Shown here one piece after another: positions 27,803 through 34,048 of a stretch of 34,048 nt of DNA. A program made the translations under genes and the position numbers. The notes under the pieces were generated by a model that was given only the letters and a program-made list of their open reading frames with translations, did not search any database and had not been told where the DNA came from. Origin of the DNA: an uncultured Verrucomicrobiales bacterium (GTDB lineage Bacteria; Verrucomicrobiota; Verrucomicrobiia; Verrucomicrobiales; DEV007); the NCBI GenBank assembly GCA_938091905.1, contig CALKOM010000207.1, positions 1 through 34,048 on the forward strand, read 5' to 3'. The first letter of the stretch is position 1; every line of letters begins with the position of its first letter.

Positions 27803-28912
27803 CTATTTCCAAGAATTCGGAAACACCTTCATCGCATTGAGCCGATAGATCTTCTCCACCACATCCTTTGGCAACGCTAAACCACGTATTGGCTCATCAA
27901 GCTCAGGTACGGTCTGGGTTTCTTCTGTATTAAAATAGCGCCAATGAGAGAGCCACACCTTGCGCGTTCGCTCATAACCGGCGTCGCTCGCGGCATCAGG
28001 TGGTGTCGAGTGGTCGGTCCCGTAGACTATCCGGTCCTGATACTTAATCAGGAAGGCTCGCACCTTCTCGCGATCTCGATTGGATTGATACTGCAATTGC
28101 CCCATGCGAGCAGCGGTGTCCGCCAAAGCCTTTGGGAAACGGTCGAGAAATTTGCCTAACTCATCGACACTCCATTCGAGGCTCGCAAAGTGTGCCCCGA
28201 CAAACTTCAGCTTGGGATGCTTTTCCAGCATGCGATCGCGAGCCGCGATCTGATCCTCATACGAGGGCATCTCGGGATGCTTGTGCATGTGATATTTCGG
28301 ATTCTTCGAGAAGTAATTCCGGTCATTCTTCACCGTCATTTCCTCAAGCGGCAACCAACAATTCTTCGGTTCACCCAGATGGCCAATGACAACGATCCCA
28401 TTTTCTATCAAGTGTCGAAAGATAGGATCAAACTTCGCATCATCGATCATCACAAGCCTTCCTGCTGCATTTCGGTGCACCATCCCAATGTTCTTCCACA
28501 CCTTGATCCCAACGGCCCCTTGCTCAAAAGTTTTATCTAAATGTGCAATTGCCCTGTCTCCCCAATCAGCTTCATCCCAGCCTTCCATGGTGAAAGCGGA
28601 TGCCAGGGAAACGCGATCTGGATTGGCCTTGTGAAGAAAGACACCTGTCTTCAGCTTCTGCCGCAACATGAGCGGCCCCTGCGAATCCACCACGATGTTA
28701 AGAAACCGAAACCGATCCTGCTCAGCCTTCTCAATCAACTCGCTATCCATCGCAGCCATGTGAAAATGCAAATCGATCTTCTCCACATTGGCAAAATCCG
28801 CCATGGAGAAAGTCTTGGAATCCTGCCCGAACACAGGCAGAGCTATGAGCAAGAGTAGGAGCACACGAAAGAACACGCCTGAAATCCCAACAGTTCTGGC
28901 TGACTTTGTCAA
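27803..28912 (-). CDS. Secreted amidohydrolase-family (Amidohydro_2-like) protein
   Basis: Signal-like N-terminus, KIDLHFH metal motif, GAVGIKVWK, FVGAHFAS, IVYGTD, EKIYRLNA. TTG start uncertain. Confidence 0.88.
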   Translation of the reverse strand: MTKSARTVGISGVFFRVLLLLLIALPVFGQDSKTFSMADFANVEKIDLHFHMAAMDSELIEKAEQDRFRFLNIVVDSQGPLMLRQKLKTGVFLHKANPDRVSLASAFTMEGWDEADWGDRAIAHLDKTFEQGAVGIKVWKNIGMVHRNAAGRLVMIDDAKFDPIFRHLIENGIVVIGHLGEPKNCWLPLEEMTVKNDRNYFSKNPKYHMHKHPEMPSYEDQIAARDRMLEKHPKLKFVGAHFASLEWSVDELGKFLDRFPKALADTAARMGQLQYQSNRDREKVRAFLIKYQDRIVYGTDHSTPPDAASDAGYERTRKVWLSHWRYFNTEETQTVPELDEPIRGLALPKDVVEKIYRLNAMKVFPNSWK

Positions 28913-28922
28913 AACACTCGGT

Positions 28923-29650
28923 TCATGTCACCACGCTGCGACGGTAAGGACGCTCGGAGAAGAGAAGCGCAGCCGAATCCGTAAACGTAATCTTCGGCAC
29001 TTCATCAGTAATCGAGAACGTTTGGATTCGTGCCCAAACCCTTAGATCGCTTGAGGCTTCCATATGCAGCGGGACTCCCGGGACAAGGCCACTGGAGGGA
29101 AACGCTATCTGCACACTTCTATCGGAACTCATATGTATGTCGAGAACGCTATCAACAGATAGGACGGGCAAGGAGGCGTCTTCCAAAAATACTAATCCTT
29201 ACTGACAATCTCCAAGGTCTCGAAAATCAAACCCGCCTCCTGGAGCAAGACCAACCGGGACAAGATGAAAGAACTGGTCAATGAGAGAGTCTCCGCCGCG
29301 GATAATTAGAAAGGTCTTACCCGCCTTTAGAGCATCGCCAAAGTTCACTTCCAGAGTACCGTCAAGGGTGGCCGTCCTTCCGACATCTTAAGAAGTAAAC
29401 GATCCCGGTCCAACGACGCCCATTTCAAAAATGGCACCCGCCGCCTAACAATTCGAGGAGCATGGTTTTGACATTCCTTAGTCTCCTTGAGACTTGAGAT
29501 TGACCAAAGTGCCTCATCGGAAAACGTGCCACTCTCTGGCCGCTGCCGGGTGAACGCTACGGATCGAATGTCTTCTGCTTGGCTGCAGGCCACCATGTGG
29601 AGTGACCCAAGAATCAGTCTGCGAAGAGAGGTGAATTGATTCGACTCCAT
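28923..29650 (-). pseudogene. Decayed secreted protein (passenger-like segment plus C-terminal SxDLxxW domain)
   Basis: Signal-like start MESNQFTSLRRLILG at 29650; frameshift near 29390 into DVGRTATLDGTLEVNFGDALKAGKTFLII; in-frame TAA at 29199-29201; tail LHMEASSDLRVW...ERPYRRSVVT. Confidence 0.6.
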
Positions 29651-29848
29651 AGCAGGAAACAACGAGTCGATGCCGAAGGATGGCAAATCTCACCGATCCA
29701 ATCAAGCTTGGGCGACACCGTTGATTATGCTTCCCTACGACCTCCTCGAGATCTAAATAAGAGGCATGCCAATGGTGCCTTTTATCGCTGTGGGATGCCT
29801 CGGATAGCGATTACCTCATTCAAACATTCTGGGTTAAGCCCCCGATCT

Positions 29849-30889
29849 ATGAACCTCTACCAGCCCTGCTTTATTGCGGCATTGGGAGTCGTATTAGGTT
29901 TGATCGGAGGGAGTCCCGCTTGAAAACTAACAATCCCCCATCTTTTGAGTCGCAGCTTTTGACACCTAATTTTCAATTGTTTCTCGACTTCGAAGAGAAT
30001 GCCACTGTCAAGAATCCTAACGCACCGCTATTCTCCATCGCGGGAGCGTGTATGGGTTGAGCTTTGCGGAGAGCACGCTCTTCAGTGTGGAACTTGAGAA
30101 TAGTATCACTGTCGAGTACTTTGATCACCGTCCCGGTGGTGGGGACCGCCTTGGGTTCTCGGGTAATAGCGGTACCGATTGGATTCCCGGCTGTTGAAGC
30201 TTTGGCAACGGTTGATGATCAAATCTATGGGGTAAGCGTAGATTTCGCGGCACACCAAACGTCTCTCATCACGAGCAGCGCGGGAACCAAAGTAAGAGAA
30301 GTTAGCATTGACGCCATTGTGGTGGGCATGGCCTATGACCGACGCAATCAGATCTTGTAGAGAGCGGCCATACCGTTCGCGGGCCAAGACGGCAACAACT
30401 TCATCACAATCGACCCTGCGGCTGGAGCCACCGCGATCGTTGGGAACATGCAGGCTCCCATTCAATTGCTCTCGTGAACACCAGACGGTTTATTCGGAGC
30501 CTATGATCAACTCTATCAAATTGATACAACAACGGCAACAATCGCGTTCTTAGGTTCGACGAATTTCACGGACGGTGAGGGCGTCGATCCCACCTTGTTC
30601 AACGGCATCTATGCAATGTCAGCCTTCCCAGACGAACCCCTAGACGAGATCGTCGTCAAAGGCTCAGATCTCGCGATCGCCAGTATCGTGAGGTCGGGTG
30701 CGGAAGCGGTCACCCTGCTATGGAGTTCGGAGGTGACAAGCACATACACGATTCAGAGGAGCCAGCCCCCTAGCCTCTGGCGACTGGCAAATCTTGGAGA
30801 CCGACATCCCAGGTCAAGCTATGGAAATGAGCCGCACTCTTTCTGGGCTCAGCGAAAGTGCCTACTATCTCCGTATGGCGACGCAATGA
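29849..30889 (+). pseudogene. Decayed secreted propeller-like surface protein
   Basis: Signal-like fragment from ATG 29849. One frame from 30064 to about 30769 with stops TAG 30358-30360 and TGA 30475-30477 (FITIDPAAGATAIVG and LYQIDTTTATIAFLG repeats). A +1 frameshift in the C5 run 30766-30770 leads to LASGDWQIL...SAYYLRMATQ-TGA at 30889. Confidence 0.75.
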
Positions 30890-30938
30890 TCTCAACTTGA
30901 GGCTCGTCTCGAAGAACCCGATCTATCAAGATCGGAAC

Positions 30939-32285
30939 ATGAAATCACTACGCTGGATCTTGGGACTATCCTCTGTGATAGCCCTCACCTTTGCTGAGGC
31001 GGCTAAGACCCCCAACGTGCTTTTTATCCTCGTCGATGACATGGGCTACGGGGATTTATCCTGTTATGGGGCTCCAGATGTGAAAACACCTCGCATTGAC
31101 GAGTTGGCCGAAAAAGGCATCCGATTCACCCAGTACTATGCCAATGGAGCGGAGTGCACGCCAACGCGAACGGCCTTGCTCACGGGGCGCTACCCGCAAC
31201 GTGTCAAGGGAATGGAATGCGCCTTGGGCACAGGCAATGTCGGCCGCTATGATGACGCTATCGCTCTGGCCGAGAAGCATCAATTAGGCTTGCCTCCCTC
31301 GGAAGCTATCTTGCCGCAAATTTTCAAAGAGGCAGGTTATGCCACCGGCATCTTCGGCAAATGGCACCTAGGCTACGAGCCGCAGTTCCATCCCAGGCAC
31401 TATGGCTTCGACCGCTTCTTCGGTGTGCTCGGAGGGAACTGCCATTACTTCACCCACCGCGAGCTTTCGGACATTTCCGTACTCTACCGTGATGATAACC
31501 CCGTGGAAGAGAAGGGCTATATGACCCACTTGATCACTAAGGAGGCATTGTCATTTCTCGACGAACACGAAGCGAATCCCTTCTTCCTGTATGTGCCATA
31601 CACCACACCGCACTTTCCTTTTCAAACGCCAGAGGATGCGGAGAAGAACTTCAGCAGCGACAATTGGTCGAAAGGAACGCGTGAAAGCTATGTGGGCATG
31701 CTAGAAGACATGGATTATAGTGTGGGCCAATTGCTAGATCGACTTGAGAAACACGATCTAACGAAGAACACTCTGGTCATCTTTGGATCCGACCACGGCG
31801 GGATGGGACCAAGTCGAAATGCGCCATTCCGAGGCTCCAAAGGCGGGTTGTTTGAAGGAGGGATTCGAACGGCGATGATTGCGAGTTGGCCCGGAGAATT
31901 GCCCGAGCGCACAGTGTCCTCACAGCCCTGTGTGACGTTCGATTTCACCTATTCGTTGGCACGTATCGCAGGACTGACCGATGAAGGTTCGAAGCGCCTT
32001 GATGGCATGAACATTCTCGACCACGTGATAGACAATTATCCTGACAAACCACGCACGCTATTCTGGCGGGCCAAGCGTGGCAGTCGCACGTGGAAGGCCG
32101 TTCGTAAAGGTGATTGGAAATACATTCACAAAGTTCAGGACGGGAAGACAGAAGAATGGTATTTCAACATCAAGACAGATCCGGAAGAAGCTCAGAACCA
32201 ACTTGGTGCTGAAGAGACACCAGCAGACGAGTTGTCTCAGCAGTTGGCGATTTGGGAGAAAGAGATGAGCGCCCAACCCGAATAG
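30939..32285 (+). CDS. Formylglycine-dependent (S1) sulfatase, secreted
   Basis: Signal peptide, PNVLFILVDDMGYGD, CTPTRTALLTGR (CxPxR), GKWHLG, SDHGG, KGGLFEGGIR. Start placed at ATG 30939. Confidence 0.96.
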   Translation: MKSLRWILGLSSVIALTFAEAAKTPNVLFILVDDMGYGDLSCYGAPDVKTPRIDELAEKGIRFTQYYANGAECTPTRTALLTGRYPQRVKGMECALGTGNVGRYDDAIALAEKHQLGLPPSEAILPQIFKEAGYATGIFGKWHLGYEPQFHPRHYGFDRFFGVLGGNCHYFTHRELSDISVLYRDDNPVEEKGYMTHLITKEALSFLDEHEANPFFLYVPYTTPHFPFQTPEDAEKNFSSDNWSKGTRESYVGMLEDMDYSVGQLLDRLEKHDLTKNTLVIFGSDHGGMGPSRNAPFRGSKGGLFEGGIRTAMIASWPGELPERTVSSQPCVTFDFTYSLARIAGLTDEGSKRLDGMNILDHVIDNYPDKPRTLFWRAKRGSRTWKAVRKGDWKYIHKVQDGKTEEWYFNIKTDPEEAQNQLGAEETPADELSQQLAIWEKEMSAQPE

Positions 32286-32342
32286 ACCTAATCCAATGCC
32301 CCAACCGCTCTTGAACCTAGCGTCAGTAATCTTAGTCCACTT

Positions 32343-33308
32343 ATGAAATTCATCATCCTAACGACCATTCTCACGTCAGCCATGTCCCTGCTGGTCTTAG
32401 CCGAAGAGCCTATACGGGTTGGTATCATCGGTCTCGACACGTCCCATGTCGTTGCTTTCACCAAGACCATGAACGACCCGAAGGCCAAAGGCCACGTTCC
32501 CGGCGCAAAAGTGATCGCGGCTTATAAAGGCGGCAGCCCTGACATTAAATCAAGCATCTCGCGCGTCGATGGGTACACCAAGACGCTGCAAGAAGACTAT
32601 GCCGTCGAGATCTACGATAGCATCGAAGAACTCTGCCAAAACGTTGATGCGGTAATGCTAGAAAGCGTTGATGGCCGACCCCACCTTGCCCAAGCCCGGC
32701 CCGTCATCGCCGCCAAGAAGCCACTCTACATCGACAAACCCATGGCTGCTACGCTCGCCGATGTGCTCGAAATCTTTCGTCTAGCGAAAGAAGCCGACGT
32801 TCCGATCTTCTCTTCCTCGTCCTTACGTTATGCAAAGTCCACCCAGGCCGTCCGCGCTGGGTCTATCGGTAAAGTCACCCACGCCATCGCTTCCAGCCCA
32901 GCAAAGACCGAAGAACATCATCCGGATCTCTACTGGTATGGAGTGCATGGATGTGAAGCCCTCTTCACCGTCATGGGCACCGGCTGTGAAAGCGTCATCC
33001 GCCGACAAACCGAAGACGGCCTCATCGAAGTCGAAGGCACCTGGGCCGGTGGCCGCACCGGTATCTTCCGGGAAGGCAAAGGCTACTCCGGCCTCGCCAA
33101 AGGAGACAAAGGCGAAGCCCAAATCGGCAACTTTGATGGCTACGAACCCCTCGTTGCCGAGATCATCGAGTTCTTCCAAACCAAGCGAGCGCCTATCCCC
33201 GCCAAAGAAACTATCGAACTCTTCGCCTTCATGGAGGCCGCCGACGAAAGCAAACGCCAGGGTGGCAAACCTGTCAGGCTCACCGATGTCATCAAAAAGA
33301 GAAAGTAG
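32343..33308 (+). CDS. Gfo/Idh/MocA-family oxidoreductase with N-terminal signal peptide
   Basis: IRVGIIGLDTSH Rossmann start, VDAVMLESVDGRPH, YIDKPMA, FSSSSLRY, YWYGVHG. Confidence 0.9.
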   Translation: MKFIILTTILTSAMSLLVLAEEPIRVGIIGLDTSHVVAFTKTMNDPKAKGHVPGAKVIAAYKGGSPDIKSSISRVDGYTKTLQEDYAVEIYDSIEELCQNVDAVMLESVDGRPHLAQARPVIAAKKPLYIDKPMAATLADVLEIFRLAKEADVPIFSSSSLRYAKSTQAVRAGSIGKVTHAIASSPAKTEEHHPDLYWYGVHGCEALFTVMGTGCESVIRRQTEDGLIEVEGTWAGGRTGIFREGKGYSGLAKGDKGEAQIGNFDGYEPLVAEIIEFFQTKRAPIPAKETIELFAFMEAADESKRQGGKPVRLTDVIKKRK

Positions 33309-33342
33309 TAGATAGCAGCATAGAGAAATCAGGGACGCTGCA

Positions 33343-33920
33343 TTCCAAACCTTTGATACTCCGGTGATCAACGCTGACGGAGACAATGGTTTTTGAGCCG
33401 CACTGAACGATAGCGACACAAACACGGCACCAGAGTTCTTTGTGCGCAAGTTCACTGCGAACCCCTATGCATCGCGACTCGCCGCAGCGGAACTCATCTT
33501 GGAGGATACGTCCCAGCATAACGTTGTAATTAAGCCTACCACGGCAGTGATCAACTGTCATGGTACGGAAGATCCTGGCATCTTCGGATCGGACAGGGCC
33601 TTTCCGAGCAGGACGATCAATGTACGGGACCTAGGTATTGTGGCCGAAGCCACGGGCATCATTACGATACACCAAGCCGCAGACTGGACATTTGGTGTCT
33701 ACTGCAACGATAGCTTCGGCCTGACCATCGGTGATTTTTCCCTGAGCTTAGCCGCGACACGTGCTTCAGCCATCACGCTTGGCACTTGTAACATTATTGC
33801 TAGTTAAGGTTACCCCCTACGGCTCGTCTTCTTCCAAGCATTGCATGGAGCGACGGTCGAGCTTGCGGCCATGCAAGGAACACAGACGACCTAAGATAAC
33901 ACATTCTCCTTAGGGCTAAT
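33343..33920 (+). pseudogene. Remnant of a PA14-like domain surface protein
   Basis: Single frame with stops at 33394-33396, 33805-33807 and 33892-33894: ...EATGIITIHQAADWTFGVYCNDSFGLTIG...*GYPLRLVFFQALHGATVEL, a degenerate PA14-type pattern (G.WTF...SDDG..L.I...G.YPLRL.FF). Boundaries approximate. Confidence 0.6.
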
Positions 33921-34048
33921 CCATTAATTCGCTTAGAGCACTAACTCATTGACTGTCAGTTCACGATGGTGATATATAGCGCTTGCAGATCCACTTCTAT
34001 GACTGACAAATATCTTATTGATTCGGCTACGTGGGCCAAGTTGCGCCC

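Noticed and set aside
32823..33455. 210-aa minus-strand ORF and 161-aa alternative-frame ORF over the oxidoreductase
   Set aside because: Shadow ORFs produced by codon bias of the plus-strand gene; no recognisable motifs.
20264..33894. Stop-codon recoding (pyrrolysine, selenocysteine or alternative code) as the cause of the in-frame stops
   Set aside because: All three stop types occur as interruptions, frameshifts and degenerate motifs co-occur, and intact genes in the window end with TAA, TAG and TGA. Ordinary pseudogenisation fits better.
1..34048. tRNA, rRNA, prophage or integrase
   Set aside because: None recognised by eye; a covariance-model scan would be needed to exclude small RNAs fully.

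Overview
Bacterial chromosomal window, most likely from a Verrucomicrobiota genome (inferred from the CotH/lamin-tail surface protein, the DUF1080, sulfatase and secreted Gfo/Idh/MocA content, and a recurring C-terminal SxDLxxW...YR tail). Intact housekeeping genes: 3'-truncated B12-dependent methionine synthase metH (missing from the ORF track because it runs off the left edge), a sulfurtransferase-SufE pair, tdh-kbl, an SPFH/NfeD pair and an oppABCDF-type peptide ABC transporter. Accessory genes: a HerA/DUF87-like ATPase, a 1.75 kaa CotH surface protein, an Xre-RES toxin-antitoxin pair, an HxlR regulator, an amidohydrolase, a sulfatase and a Gfo/Idh/MocA oxidoreductase. The right half holds seven decayed genes or elements. 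The most unusual structure is a 430-bp cassette between oppC and oppD. It is a GxxExxY PD-(D/E)XK nuclease gene enclosed by 33-bp inverted repeats built from a 10-bp tandem unit. One arm overlaps the oppC stop codon and supplies the nuclease start codon, which suggests a poorly described selfish or intervening element. Also notable: a shared C-terminal candidate sorting domain on three unrelated secreted proteins, a perfect 20-bp palindrome upstream of metH, and a structured intergenic region at 7.9-8.0 kb. All family assignments come from motif recognition by eye; no searches were run.
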